Source: an uncultured virus (IMG/VR IMGVR_UViG_3300008117_000020) (taxonomy: Duplodnaviria; Heunggongvirae; Uroviricota; Caudoviricetes). Taken from it: a DNA stretch of 64,000 nucleotides. Positions 50,385 to 62,875 of the stretch are shown here, piece by piece. Made by a program: the position numbers and the translations under genes. The stretch lies in the IMG/VR virus record IMGVR_UViG_3300008117_000020; one strand, written 5' to 3'. Numbering within the stretch: position 1 is the stretch's first letter; each line of letters opens with the position of its first letter. The notes under the pieces were generated by a model. It searched no databases and was not told the DNA's origin. It was given only the letters and a program-made list of their open reading frames with translations.

Positions 50385-51155
50385 GTGGCGCTTAATTTAA
50401 TCGAACACGCAGAAGTGACTTTAAATACTGCAATTATTAAATTCGGGAGAACAATAAAAATCTCTTCGTTAAAAAATGAAAATTTTATTGTACAGACCAA
50501 TGCAGCTACTCCAAGTTCGGTAACTGGCCCATTTTTAACAATTAATACCATAACAGATTATAACCAGGTATCAAGAACATTAACTTTATACTGGGATACT
50601 GTTTTGCAGAGTCAAACAGAATATAAAATAAGACTAGTAAATTTCCTAGACGCTGCAAACGAGCTAATATCTGAAGAACAGGTAATCTTTGAAACAACAG
50701 AAGCTGCAACACCTTCTAGTTTTTCTTCAATTAAAGTTCCAGAAATTCAAGAAGTTTATATTGAAGATCATTCAATTAGAACAGACGCTTACACCTCTGT
50801 TCAGATAATAGCAAAAAATCCTAATTTTTATATAGCTTCAGTTGATCCATCTAATGGCGATTTTTATTTAGATAATGGATACAATAATGGAAGAGTGACG
50901 ATAACATTTAGCTCTCGTCCAGCATCTAACTTTTTAAACAATTTTTATTTTAAAGCTCAAAGAAAAAAGATACAGAGATCACCATCAAGATGGGAAAATG
51001 TTTCGGCAAATGTTTCTATGCATTCTTGGAAGCCAGAAGTGTATGTGGACTTTCCTTCTGATGATGCAACACCACTTTACAATGAAGAAGACTCTTTATA
51101 TTATGAGTCAGGATATAAGTATAGAATTATAGTTTCTAAAGACGTTGGTGTTTAA
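50385..51155 (+). CDS. Ig-like structural protein
   Basis: AGGAG RBS, beta-rich. Confidence 0.65.
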   Translation: MALNLIEHAEVTLNTAIIKFGRTIKISSLKNENFIVQTNAATPSSVTGPFLTINTITDYNQVSRTLTLYWDTVLQSQTEYKIRLVNFLDAANELISEEQVIFETTEAATPSSFSSIKVPEIQEVYIEDHSIRTDAYTSVQIIAKNPNFYIASVDPSNGDFYLDNGYNNGRVTITFSSRPASNFLNNFYFKAQRKKIQRSPSRWENVSANVSMHSWKPEVYVDFPSDDATPLYNEEDSLYYESGYKYRIIVSKDVGV

Positions 51156-51565
51156 TGGCTAATTTTATTTATAAAAAAGCAAAAGAGTCTTTTTTAAAAG
51201 GTGAAATTAATCTGTATTCAAATACAATAAAAGTATTAATTTTAAATAATTCATATACTCCAAATGCAGAAACACATCAGTTTGTATCAGATATTAATGC
51301 TCTGTGTATTGAAGAAAGAAGTTCAGCTTTAAATAATAAAAGTGTAACTTTGGGAGTTTTTGACGCAGACGATTTAAATATATTAAATTATTCTGGAAAT
51401 TCTTTTAACTCTTTAGCACTATATGTGGATAGTGGATCTGATTCAACTTCTAGATTGATAGCATATCTAGATACATCAACAGGTCTACCATTTTCTACAG
51501 TAAATACATCTGCCGATGTTACTATAGTGTGGAATAACGATTCCACAAAAATTATATCTTTATAA
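51155..51565 (+). CDS. Virion structural protein
   Basis: MANFIY...TIKVLI...GVFDADD...RLIAYLD...DVTIVWN; structural-operon context. Confidence 0.7.
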   Translation: MANFIYKKAKESFLKGEINLYSNTIKVLILNNSYTPNAETHQFVSDINALCIEERSSALNNKSVTLGVFDADDLNILNYSGNSFNSLALYVDSGSDSTSRLIAYLDTSTGLPFSTVNTSADVTIVWNNDSTKIISL

Positions 51566-51573
51566 GGAATATC

Positions 51574-51912
51574 ATGGCAACAAATTATCCAACATCTTTA
51601 GATAATCTAGTTAATCCAACAACTTCTGACAGGCTAAACTCTGTTACAGTTCCGCACCATTTACAGCACGCAAATGCTAATGACGCAATTGAAGCCATAC
51701 AGACAGTGCTTGGCGTTAATCCAGCTGGATCTCATCTAACTGTAAAAGATAGAATTATCGCCACAGAAACAAGTATATCAACACAATCAGTTTTAAATGG
51801 TCTTACTGATGTTACTATAACTTCAGCTGCCAGTGGAAACATATTACGCTACAACGGCTCTCAATGGGTAAATTACTCTGAGAGCAATCTTACCGATGGA
51901 GGAAACTTTTAA
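51574..51912 (+). CDS. Virion structural protein
   Basis: NDAIEAIQTVLG; LTDVTIT...GNILRYNGSQWVN repeat; ends DGGNF. Confidence 0.7.
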   Translation: MATNYPTSLDNLVNPTTSDRLNSVTVPHHLQHANANDAIEAIQTVLGVNPAGSHLTVKDRIIATETSISTQSVLNGLTDVTITSAASGNILRYNGSQWVNYSESNLTDGGNF

Positions 51913-51914
51913 AA

Positions 51915-54272
51915 ATGGCTAATACAATAAGAATTAAAAGAAGGTCATCTGGAGGCGCAACAGGAGCTCCTTCATCGTTAGAAAACGCAGAGTTAGCTTA
52001 TAACGAGGCTGATGATACCCTTTATTACGGCAAGGGTACTGGTGGAGCTGGTGGCACTGCGACTACAGTTGAAGCAATTGCAGGAGCTGGAGCATATGTT
52101 ACCAAGGGCACTACTCAAACCATAAGTGGCAATAAAACATTTTCAGGCACTATTGCATTAGGATCGTCCGCAACTGCCACAACACAGTCTGCAAGTGACA
52201 ATAGCACAAAAGTAGCTACAACCGCTTACGTTGATTCAGCAGTGTCTACTGCTACCGTTAGTGCTGAGCAAGTACAAGATATAGTTGGAGCACAAATAGC
52301 AACTAACGGTTCTCATACCGGAATTTCAGCATCTTACGATGACGCAGGCGACGGTGCAATTGACCTTTCTTTAACCGACACAACTGTTACCGCTGGTTCA
52401 TATGGGTCATCTACCGCTGTCGCAGGATTTACTGTTGACGCAAAAGGAAGATTAACCGCAGCCAGCAATACCAACATAAGAGTTGCAAGCACAAGTCAAA
52501 CAGGACTTGCATCCTTTGACTCAACTGACTTTTCTGTTACAACTGGTAACGTTACTTTAAATGCAGAAAGAATTCAAGACATCGTTGGAGCAATGGTTTC
52601 TTCAAATACAGAGTCAGGAATTTCTGTAACATATGATGATGATAGCGGCAAGTTAGATTTTAATGTTAATGATCCAACCATAACAATTACTGGTGACGTT
52701 GACGGTAGCGCCACAATGACCAACCTTGGCAGCACAAGTATAGAGGTAACCCTTGACACTGTGAACTCAAATACTGGAGCATTTGGCTCATCCACCGCCA
52801 TACCTGTGATTACGGTAAATGGAAAAGGTTTAGTTACTGCGGTAACCACACAGTCTATCTCTACAACTCTAACAGTGGGTGCAGATACTGGAACCGCAGA
52901 CGCTGTTGCTCTTGGAACTGACACCTTACAATTTAGCGGTGGCGAGGGAATTGATACCGTAGTTTCTAATAATACAATTACAATTTCCGGAGAAGATGCA
53001 ACTACTTCAAATAAAGGAATAGCATCTTTTAGTTCGGATAATTTTGCTGTAGCATCTGGAGCAGTTACGATTAAAGACGGAGGAGTGTCAAACGCAGAGC
53101 TCGTAAACTCTACAATTACTCTTGGCTCAAGCACTTTAACTCTTGGTTCAACAACTACTTCGGTAGCTGGAATCACAGAGCTTACAGTTGATAATCTTAA
53201 CTTTAACGGAAATTCAATTACTTCAACAGACACCAATGGTAATATAACGCTGAGCCCAAATGGTACTGGAACAGTAGACGTAGCTTCTTCTAGAATTACT
53301 GGTGTTGCAGAACCAACCTTGGATACAGACGCTGCTACAAAATATTACGTAGATAATAGAGTTACAGGACTGTCTTGGAAGCAAGCAGTTCATGTATTGG
53401 GTAGTTCAAACGTTGCATTAACGGGGTCAACTCCATTAGAAATTGATGGCCATACCCTTAATGATGGCGAAAGAGTTCTTTTAACAGGACAAACAACTGC
53501 TAGTCAAAAAGGTATATATGACGTTGCAATAACTGGCGGATCTTATACTTTAACTAGATCTTCAGACGTAGATGTTTATACTGAGCTTCGTGGATTGGCG
53601 GTATTCGTTCAGCAGGGGACCACTTATGCCAATACTGGATGGGTACAAACAGCAGATAACCTTACCGACTTTAGTGGTCAAGTCTGGAGTCAATTCTCTG
53701 GAGCAGGTTTATATAGCGCAGGTTCAGGCCTTTCAATTAATGGAACTGAATTTAATGTAAATGTTGCAACTAATGGTGGAATCGAAATCGATACAGATGC
53801 ACTTCAATTGAAGTCTTCTGTAGCAGGAGCTGGCCTGACAATATCTTCTGGAGTCTTAGCAGTTGGTGGAACAACAGACAAGATTACAGTAGATACTGAC
53901 TCAATCACCATTGCCTCCACCTACGCAGGACAGAGCTCAATTACGACTGTTGGAACAATCGCAACAGGAACATGGAATGCTACTGCAATATCTGTAGCTA
54001 AAGGTGGAACTGGAGCAACATCAGCTCCTGATGCAAGAACCAATTTAGGTTTAGCAATTAATACTGATGTTCAAGCCTATAGTGCAAATCTTGCAGCAAT
54101 AGCCGGTTTAACATCTGCATCAGATAAGCTTCCATATTTTACTGGATCAGGAACTGCTGCAGTGACAACATTAAGTTCTTTTATGAGAACCGTATTGGAT
54201 GACGCAGACGCAGCAACAGCAAGAACTACACTTGGAGTTGACAGTTACACTATTGATGGTGGCACATTCTAA
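51915..54272 (+). CDS. Tail fibre / structural fibre protein
   Basis: ANTIRIKR..GAPSSL..AELA start; TKVATTAYV, DAATKYYVD, ARTNLGL; ends DGGTF. Confidence 0.8.
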   Translation: MANTIRIKRRSSGGATGAPSSLENAELAYNEADDTLYYGKGTGGAGGTATTVEAIAGAGAYVTKGTTQTISGNKTFSGTIALGSSATATTQSASDNSTKVATTAYVDSAVSTATVSAEQVQDIVGAQIATNGSHTGISASYDDAGDGAIDLSLTDTTVTAGSYGSSTAVAGFTVDAKGRLTAASNTNIRVASTSQTGLASFDSTDFSVTTGNVTLNAERIQDIVGAMVSSNTESGISVTYDDDSGKLDFNVNDPTITITGDVDGSATMTNLGSTSIEVTLDTVNSNTGAFGSSTAIPVITVNGKGLVTAVTTQSISTTLTVGADTGTADAVALGTDTLQFSGGEGIDTVVSNNTITISGEDATTSNKGIASFSSDNFAVASGAVTIKDGGVSNAELVNSTITLGSSTLTLGSTTTSVAGITELTVDNLNFNGNSITSTDTNGNITLSPNGTGTVDVASSRITGVAEPTLDTDAATKYYVDNRVTGLSWKQAVHVLGSSNVALTGSTPLEIDGHTLNDGERVLLTGQTTASQKGIYDVAITGGSYTLTRSSDVDVYTELRGLAVFVQQGTTYANTGWVQTADNLTDFSGQVWSQFSGAGLYSAGSGLSINGTEFNVNVATNGGIEIDTDALQLKSSVAGAGLTISSGVLAVGGTTDKITVDTDSITIASTYAGQSSITTVGTIATGTWNATAISVAKGGTGATSAPDARTNLGLAINTDVQAYSANLAAIAGLTSASDKLPYFTGSGTAAVTTLSSFMRTVLDDADAATARTTLGVDSYTIDGGTF

Positions 54273-54310
54273 TTAATTTATGTTATAATAACTTAGTTAA
54301 TATGGAGTGA

Positions 54311-55707
<1,397 letters not shown>

Positions 55708-55708
<1 letters not shown>

Positions 55709-56469
55709 TGGCTGCAATTACTTTCCCTTCATCTCCATACACAAACCAGATTTATACTGTCGGCTCTAAGAGTTGGCAGTGGGACGGCGCAGTATGGGCA
55801 GCATATTATAATGAAGGCGCTGATGCAGTCTATGGTACTGGATCAGATGGAGATATAACACTTGATGGCACTACAACCATTTTGGGTATGGCACCATCTT
55901 CGAGTGTCTATTCAATGACTCGTGATATGTATTTTAATGATTTAACAATAAATGCCAATGTTCGACTTGCTCCAAATGGATATAGAATATTTGTTAAAGG
56001 TACTTTAAAATTTAATAGTGACTCTACAATTGGTTTTACTACAGGTTATTCTACAGCTGGCTCTATAGCACAAGGGGGAGCTGCTACAACAGCAGTTACA
56101 CATTCTTTGGGAGGCTCTGCTACAGGATATTCTGCTACAGCACCAACATCAGCTATGGGTGGATCTTCATATTTTCAGATTCCAAGACAAGCAATTACGG
56201 GTTATTCAATCACTGCATCTGGAGGACCAACATTTCTTAGAGGTGGAGCAGGAGGGTCTGGTCAAGCTGGTGGTGGAGTAATAATACTTGCAGCACGTTA
56301 TATAGCTGGGCCATCAAGTGGGACTGGATACATTAAGGCACCAGCAACTGCACCAGCTGGTGGGGGAGTGATACTATTAGTTTCTTCTACATCTTCTCTT
56401 CCAGCATCTATCTCAACGGACGTAACGGGTCAGAATAGTGGAACCTACTATTACATGCAACAGGTGTAA
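55708..56469 (+). CDS. Gly-rich fibre-associated protein
   Basis: YGTGSDGDIT, GYRIFVKGTL, GAGG..GGGVII. Confidence 0.75.
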
Positions 56470-56471
56470 GT

Positions 56472-57722
56472 ATGGCAATCTCACGAATAGAAACTAGTGT
56501 ATCACGCGTAAATAATGATGAAACTTATGGGAATGGTTCTGATGGCGATGTGACCATAAGTGGAACTATTACATTAACTTCAGATAAATATTATAACAAT
56601 CTAACAATACCATTGGGAAATGTGCTAATTACAAATGGATTTCGTGTATTTGTAAAAAATACAGCTATAATAAACGGAGTTATTGGAATAGGTTCTGTTT
56701 CTGGAAACTCGAATGGATCTACCAATGGAACAATATCAAGTCCAGGGTCTTCCGTATCTACAGGCACAGTAGCTGGCCATACATCTTCTACTATATCCTA
56801 TAGAATAGGTGGCCAAGGCGGTGGGTCTACCAATCCTAATATTACAGCACTTCCAAGTTATTTAATATCTAGAATAGAAGCGGCTACAGGTGTTGTCTTT
56901 GATGCTACATATGCAAGTTCATCAGCCTTAGTTTTATCTGGTGGATCTAAAGGAACAACAGGTTCTACCGGGGCTAGTGCTCCAGCATTAACAAACAGTG
57001 ACACTTGGCCAGGTAAAGCTGGATCTCCTGGTTCTAATGGGACTCATCCAACTGTTGGTACAACTGTTGGAGTACCTGGAGGAAAAGGTGCAACAGGCTC
57101 TGACGGAACTGCAACAGGAGCAACTCCAGGTCCTGGTGGGGCAGGTGGATCTGGAGCTAATGGTGGTGGAGTAGTAGCAATAATGGCTAAGTCAATATCA
57201 GGAACTGGCACAGTAATGTCATTAGGAATGATTGGTGCGACGGGCTCTGCAGGAACAGCGGGTTCACCTGGCACTGCAGGCGCAGCTGGAGCTAAAGCTC
57301 CAGACAGGACAGATCACCACCACCACAGCGCCGTTATTCATGAACCTCACACACTGCATCACTACAGTCATCATAATCATGTTCCAGCTTATCATGACAA
57401 AATTGTATCTCATGGTGCTTATCATGAAACTCTACATAATGGGCATCACCATAATCACTCCGCTACTATTCATGCACCATGCTGTACAGTTAGTCCTGGC
57501 CATCATTGGACTGGTGGTGCTGGTGGTGCTGGAGGAGCTGCTGCACCAGCAGTGACAGGTGCTACAGGAAAAAGAGGCGGTGCTGGAGGAGGCGGTGCTA
57601 TTATTATAATAACTGAAGAAACTCCTAGTGGATTAAACTATGATGTTAGAGCAGGCACTACAGCTGATTTAGATACACATTCTGCTTCCAATGGAAGCAC
57701 TTATATAATTTTAAACAAATAA
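56472..57722 (+). CDS. Gly-rich fibre-associated protein with His-rich insert
   Basis: Paralogous start YGNGSDGDVT; polyglycine segments; His-rich block. Confidence 0.75.
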   Translation: MAISRIETSVSRVNNDETYGNGSDGDVTISGTITLTSDKYYNNLTIPLGNVLITNGFRVFVKNTAIINGVIGIGSVSGNSNGSTNGTISSPGSSVSTGTVAGHTSSTISYRIGGQGGGSTNPNITALPSYLISRIEAATGVVFDATYASSSALVLSGGSKGTTGSTGASAPALTNSDTWPGKAGSPGSNGTHPTVGTTVGVPGGKGATGSDGTATGATPGPGGAGGSGANGGGVVAIMAKSISGTGTVMSLGMIGATGSAGTAGSPGTAGAAGAKAPDRTDHHHHSAVIHEPHTLHHYSHHNHVPAYHDKIVSHGAYHETLHNGHHHNHSATIHAPCCTVSPGHHWTGGAGGAGGAAAPAVTGATGKRGGAGGGGAIIIITEETPSGLNYDVRAGTTADLDTHSASNGSTYIILNK

Positions 57723-57735
57723 GAGGTAAAATATT

Positions 57736-57969
57736 ATGGGCTTTTTTGACTCACTTAATAATGAAGCTAAATTACAAGCATTAAATTTTAGTATTGAAAT
57801 GCACGAACGTGAGCTGTACAGAATATTAGTTGGTTTAGGCATAGATGCTGAAACCTTTGATCCAGATTCATGGCAGGAGCCAGTTAATATGGAAACAGCA
57901 ATAGGTAAAGTAGCACATTATATTTCTCTAATCCAAGATTTAAGAAACAGACTTTCTAATTTTTCATGA
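57736..57969 (+). CDS. Hypothetical protein
   Basis: GAGG RBS. Confidence 0.65.
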   Translation: MGFFDSLNNEAKLQALNFSIEMHERELYRILVGLGIDAETFDPDSWQEPVNMETAIGKVAHYISLIQDLRNRLSNFS

Positions 57970-58355
57970 AAAGATATATAGCAGTACCAAGCGATAAATG
58001 TATAGATGGCGCAATTCCTCACCACATTATGCAAATGGCAAAAAATGAGCTTTTAGAGATTGTTGTTTCAGAAACAGTAAAGGATGCAAAGATCGTATCA
58101 GTTCCACAAATAGAAAAATATGAACACTATAAACAAGTTCGTAAAAATTATATTTGGAAACTTGATATGACAAATGAATTCATTGAACTTAAAGATAATC
58201 TAAAAATAATTTGTTTAAATAAAGAAATTTATCCTATAATAAAAGAAAAACATTTAGCATATTTTAGAATGAGGTTTCTTAATAGTGGAATTATAGACTT
58301 TCTTATTAAGAATGATGATATCATATTGTATGAAGGAAAAGTTGAAGTTATATAA
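57966..58355 (+). CDS. Hypothetical protein
   Basis: ATGA overlap with the upstream gene. Confidence 0.6.
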   Translation: MKRYIAVPSDKCIDGAIPHHIMQMAKNELLEIVVSETVKDAKIVSVPQIEKYEHYKQVRKNYIWKLDMTNEFIELKDNLKIICLNKEIYPIIKEKHLAYFRMRFLNSGIIDFLIKNDDIILYEGKVEVI

Positions 58356-58927
58356 TGAATGTTAAAAATTTAGCGACTTGTGTATCAGTCTATAGTGATT
58401 TTTTTGACTCTTCTCTATTTTTGGAGCACTTGGAACTAGAAAGTAGAAATGATTGGGGAGATATTTCTTGGAAACACTCTGCCGTAGGAGGTGGATTAGT
58501 TCAAAAATATAGAACATCTTCTGAGTGTGATATCTCTTTTTTGGGTAAAGAAACAGTAAAAACACCTTTAGCACAAATGTTTAAAAACGAGATTCAAACA
58601 CCAATGTTTGATATAATAGAAGACTATAGAAGCGAATACAATATTCCAGCACTTTCCAATGAGGGTTGGAGGGTACTGAAGTATTCTATTGGAGCAGAAT
58701 ATCATAACCACTATGACCATTCACCAATGAACTCTAGAGTAGTTAGTTTAGTTGCATTCCTTGATGACGTAGAAAAAGGTGGAGATTTGGAATTTCCATT
58801 TTTTAATGTAAAAATAAAACCAGAAAAAAATACAGCTGTTGTTTTTCCATCAAATTTTCCATACCTACATATAGCACATCCAGTAGAAATAGGCACAAAG
58901 TATAGTTTAGTAACATGGTTTCAGTAG
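58355..58927 (+). CDS. 2OG-Fe(II) oxygenase (prolyl-4-hydroxylase-like)
   Basis: LKY...YHNHYD, GGDLEF, FPSNFPYLHIAHPV..GTKYSLVTW. Confidence 0.9.
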   Translation: MNVKNLATCVSVYSDFFDSSLFLEHLELESRNDWGDISWKHSAVGGGLVQKYRTSSECDISFLGKETVKTPLAQMFKNEIQTPMFDIIEDYRSEYNIPALSNEGWRVLKYSIGAEYHNHYDHSPMNSRVVSLVAFLDDVEKGGDLEFPFFNVKIKPEKNTAVVFPSNFPYLHIAHPVEIGTKYSLVTWFQ

Positions 58928-60030
58928 TATCAATAAATGAATTTGCAATTAAATCAAACCCCTGTTATGCAGCCATTCCGGCATGTGAGACAGTGGCTTT
59001 GACGTATGTCCATCCAAATGGAATAGAAGAGTTTACTGACTACATAGCGTATGCTCTAGGCGAAAGTACTATAATTGCATTTAACGATTTACCGAATGCA
59101 TCAGATCCTTATTCCTTAGAAGCAACAACTGATACTGGAGAAAAGTATATAATTCAATTCAATCTTTACGAAAGAGACATGAATGAATTAAATGGTGTCA
59201 ATATAAAACCTCATCAATTTTTTAGTTTTCTTAAACCAGTTCATGTAAAAAGCAGCGAGATTGCTGGCTTAGTTGCATTAAATGATAGATGCGATATAGA
59301 CAAATATGGCCCAAGAGTATATGATATTTCTGATGGAGTCAGTGAGCAGCCTATGGACTATTCTATGATTGCTGGTAATATAAAAGATTTTAGAGTCATA
59401 TATTCTATTAACGGCGTAGGATATGTAACTGTACAAGAAGTTTGGCCTATTGCTATGAAATGGAGAAATTGGCCAATAGTTGTTGGTGTTTCTAAAACAT
59501 TTTCTGGAATGGTTAAGCTTTTATCTGAATGGAAAGCAGCTTATCAATCCGGCCTTTCAGATGAAGAAATTGCAAGAGGCGCTAAAGACCTTTTGGATCA
59601 AGCAGGAATAAACGAAACGATGATCTCAGAGTTGGAACAATTGGAAACAACAATGCCAGTTGAAAGATTTTTTAGGGGCGAACTAGATGCTAGGCACGGC
59701 TTTTCTGAAAAAGGATTTTTACCAAATTCAATTAAACAATTAATAAAAGATCAATCAAGATATGAAACACTAACATCTTTAGGATTAAATCATTCTCTGC
59801 ATCCTGAAATACCCCAGTGGATTAAGGATGAGGAAAAAAAGAAAATGGATAATTACTTATTAAAATATGTTTACATAGCTATGCCAGAAATAGATCCAGA
59901 TACTGTAACTGTAGAGCAGATATCTGAATCTCTTGATTTCTTTACTAATGGCCTACCAGAAATAAAAGACACTCAAACTTTTATAAACGCAATAAAAGGA
60001 AAAAGATACTACGATGCAACAACAAAATAG
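58915..60030 (+). CDS. Hypothetical protein
   Basis: 371 aa ORF overlapping both neighbours. Confidence 0.7.
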   Translation: MVSVVSINEFAIKSNPCYAAIPACETVALTYVHPNGIEEFTDYIAYALGESTIIAFNDLPNASDPYSLEATTDTGEKYIIQFNLYERDMNELNGVNIKPHQFFSFLKPVHVKSSEIAGLVALNDRCDIDKYGPRVYDISDGVSEQPMDYSMIAGNIKDFRVIYSINGVGYVTVQEVWPIAMKWRNWPIVVGVSKTFSGMVKLLSEWKAAYQSGLSDEEIARGAKDLLDQAGINETMISELEQLETTMPVERFFRGELDARHGFSEKGFLPNSIKQLIKDQSRYETLTSLGLNHSLHPEIPQWIKDEEKKKMDNYLLKYVYIAMPEIDPDTVTVEQISESLDFFTNGLPEIKDTQTFINAIKGKRYYDATTK

Positions 60031-61507
60031 AACTATAGGCATAGTGGGCTCTGGAACTGCCGGGCTAATAGCTTCACTAATGTTAAGACGCGCTTTTCCA
60101 AATGATGACATAGTAAATATATCGTCCAGTAAAGTTGGAATTGTTGGTGTTGGAGAAGGTAGCACTGAGCATTGGCGAGACTTTATGGACATGTGCAGTA
60201 TAGGGGTAGAGGATCTTTTAACTAATACTAATGCAACACATAAATATGGCATAAGATTTGAGGGCTGGACCAATCAAAGACCAGACTATTTCCATAGCGT
60301 TGGTTCAATTCCGGAAATATACGCATTTGGTTTAATTGGCGAGTATATGAGCTTTCTTGAAAATGACAAACCAATAACTTCACAAACAGGTCATCTAGGC
60401 TTGGTTCATAATCAAGTGATTAAAGAAAACATGCACAACAACACTAATCAGTTTCATTTTGATACGTTTGAGTTAAATAATTATTTAGTAGGACTTTGTT
60501 TTAAAAGAATGATTAGATTTATTGATGACGAGGTTGACTCAATAAATCTCAATGAAAATGGTTATATTAACTCAGTCACTTTAAGTTCTAAAGTTGAAAT
60601 TAAAGCTGATATTTGGATTGACGCAACAGGCTTTGCAAAAAAACTAATGACATCTATGGGAAATACTGATTGGGTTTCTTTTTCAAAGTATCTACCAACT
60701 AATGCAGCGATAGCATTTCCAACAGAATCAGATCCTAATAATCAGATAAAACCATATACTAGAGCAAGAGCTGCAAGTTGTGGATGGATGTGGGAAATTC
60801 CTACAACCGAACGTCGTGGGAATGGTTATGTATATAATTCTAATTTTATTTCTGAAGAAGAAGCAGTAAAAGAAGCTGAATTAATTTCTGGTTATAAAAT
60901 AGAAAAATATAGACATTTTAATTTTGATCCAGGATATTCTCCTGTTCAGTGGTATAAAAATTGTATTTCCGTAGGTCTTTCTTCTTCATTCGTAGAACCT
61001 CTTGAAGCCACTTCAATTGGTAGCACAATAATACAATGCAAACAGATGATAAATGGTCTAGCATCGTATACCGCAGATTCTTCTGCTATTCAAGAAAGCT
61101 ACAATAAAAAAATGAAGCAAATGATGGAAAACATACTAGATATGATTCGCCTTCATTACATATCTGACAGAGAAGATACTGATTTTTGGAGATACGTAAA
61201 AACACTTCCAATTCCAGATAGTCTTCAAAATTTAATAGACCTTTGGGCAGAACAGGTGCCATCACATTATGACGTTCCCAATAATGGTCATCTTATGTTC
61301 TTGTCTAGACATTTCGTTCACGTTATGCAAGGGCAGAATCTTATAAATCCTAAAGCATCAACACGAGCCATGGAAAATATGGGTGTAAGAAATATTGTAG
61401 AAAAAAATGCAGATGAAGTTAGACTAAGAAGATATAGTAGAGAAATGATAGATCATAGAGAATCTCTAATGCAGGCCGATATATCTAATAGCAGTTTTGG
61501 TATTTAA
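60014..61507 (+). CDS. Tryptophan halogenase-like flavin-dependent enzyme
   Basis: IVGSGTAG, VGVGEGST, GWMWEIP, FVEPLEATSI. Confidence 0.9.
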   Translation: MQQQNRTIGIVGSGTAGLIASLMLRRAFPNDDIVNISSSKVGIVGVGEGSTEHWRDFMDMCSIGVEDLLTNTNATHKYGIRFEGWTNQRPDYFHSVGSIPEIYAFGLIGEYMSFLENDKPITSQTGHLGLVHNQVIKENMHNNTNQFHFDTFELNNYLVGLCFKRMIRFIDDEVDSINLNENGYINSVTLSSKVEIKADIWIDATGFAKKLMTSMGNTDWVSFSKYLPTNAAIAFPTESDPNNQIKPYTRARAASCGWMWEIPTTERRGNGYVYNSNFISEEEAVKEAELISGYKIEKYRHFNFDPGYSPVQWYKNCISVGLSSSFVEPLEATSIGSTIIQCKQMINGLASYTADSSAIQESYNKKMKQMMENILDMIRLHYISDREDTDFWRYVKTLPIPDSLQNLIDLWAEQVPSHYDVPNNGHLMFLSRHFVHVMQGQNLINPKASTRAMENMGVRNIVEKNADEVRLRRYSREMIDHRESLMQADISNSSFGI

Positions 61508-61508
61508 T

Positions 61509-62273
61509 ATGAAAAAAAATAAAAATGTATCAAAAATTAAAAAAGTTAAACCAGGCTCAATTAGAATCACTCCAATTGACAATAGGTTTATGGCAAGCGC
61601 TCCATATGTAAATAATTCACAATCCTTACCAAAATGGTTTAGACAAATACATAAAGGACACGGGTCAATTAGGTCTTGTGCTGGAGTATCAGACTTTTTA
61701 AATGCTGGAGTAACAATACCAGCATGGACAAATTTTTATTTTACTCCAAATATTGAACAAAATGTATGGGCAATATCTGCAGACAATATGAATCCGCCAA
61801 TTGGTTTTGAGTGGGCAGGTAATTTTTCTTTTCATCAAACGGGTAAATGTCCCATGACAGATATTAGAAAAATAGAAAAAATGTCTTATCCAAAATTAAT
61901 AACACCTTGGAGAATACAAACAGCTCCAGGATGGTCTTCGTTAATATTGCCGGTTCACTATGAGGAAAATGAAGACTATTCAATACTTCCAGTTATTGTT
62001 CATACCGATTTTTATCAAGTTGCAAATATTGTTTTAAATGTCAAAACAAATTCAGAATTTTCTATAAAGTATCAAACGCCACTTGTTCAGGTAATTCCAT
62101 TTAAGAGAAATTCAGATATAACAGAAATTGAATTTATGGATGAATCATTTTTTAAGTACGCATCAACAAACATGTATATGACTGGTGGAATAGCACCAAG
62201 ATCTGGAACTGGACAAGCCTATAGAAAGGCTGTAAGATTAATTGATTCAATCTTAGAAAAGAAAAAAAAATGA
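61509..62273 (+). CDS. Hypothetical protein of the oxygenase/halogenase cluster
   Basis: LPKWF, SIRSCAG, PWRIQTAPGWS, PLVQVIPFKR. Confidence 0.75.
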   Translation: MKKNKNVSKIKKVKPGSIRITPIDNRFMASAPYVNNSQSLPKWFRQIHKGHGSIRSCAGVSDFLNAGVTIPAWTNFYFTPNIEQNVWAISADNMNPPIGFEWAGNFSFHQTGKCPMTDIRKIEKMSYPKLITPWRIQTAPGWSSLILPVHYEENEDYSILPVIVHTDFYQVANIVLNVKTNSEFSIKYQTPLVQVIPFKRNSDITEIEFMDESFFKYASTNMYMTGGIAPRSGTGQAYRKAVRLIDSILEKKKK

Positions 62274-62470
62274 CTGACAATATCTATCGTTTTAAAGTAG
62301 ATGATTATAGGAATAGAACAGACAATAAATACTTTCCTAATACCGAAGAGGATTGGAAGGAGTTTTTGTGGAAAGTACATTTTCTTGGCGGCAAGTCAAT
62401 GATACTGCTATGGCATTATGATCAAATGGAAAAGAAAGCACGAGAAGAAGCAAGTGATAAAGATTCTTAA
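62270..62470 (+). CDS. Hypothetical protein
   Basis: 66 aa, coupled to the upstream gene. Confidence 0.55.
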   Translation: MTDNIYRFKVDDYRNRTDNKYFPNTEEDWKEFLWKVHFLGGKSMILLWHYDQMEKKAREEASDKDS

Positions 62471-62732
62471 TGCTGTTAAGACAATGTCTCATGGCTCGTA
62501 TTGGACAAAAGCCAATACCGTAGAGGCTTGGGGGTTTGCAACAAAAATTGCAATCATCTTCCCTGGTCTACTTTTAGGTCAACAGTTTTGGTGGCTTTAT
62601 ATATTTGCTATAATATCCAGTTTAGCTCTGATATGGTCATCAACAGAAAAAACGCTTCCAACCATTATTCTTTTTAATGTTGCCTGGGTTATCTTGGCAA
62701 GTCTTTCTATTTTAAAACATTTTTTGCAATAG
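62418..62732 (+). CDS. Small membrane protein
   Basis: Three hydrophobic segments; start uncertain. Confidence 0.65.
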   Translation: MIKWKRKHEKKQVIKILNAVKTMSHGSYWTKANTVEAWGFATKIAIIFPGLLLGQQFWWLYIFAIISSLALIWSSTEKTLPTIILFNVAWVILASLSILKHFLQ

Positions 62733-62875
62733 GTAGACACGAAACAAAACCAGTTACTAGTGTTAGTAGGCATATTTATTTGCAGTTTTTTCTATGAAAA
62801 AAATGACAATTTTGATAAGGATTCAATAAAATGGTTAAATAGCCCTCAAAAAGGTGTAAGATCAGGATAATTCAA

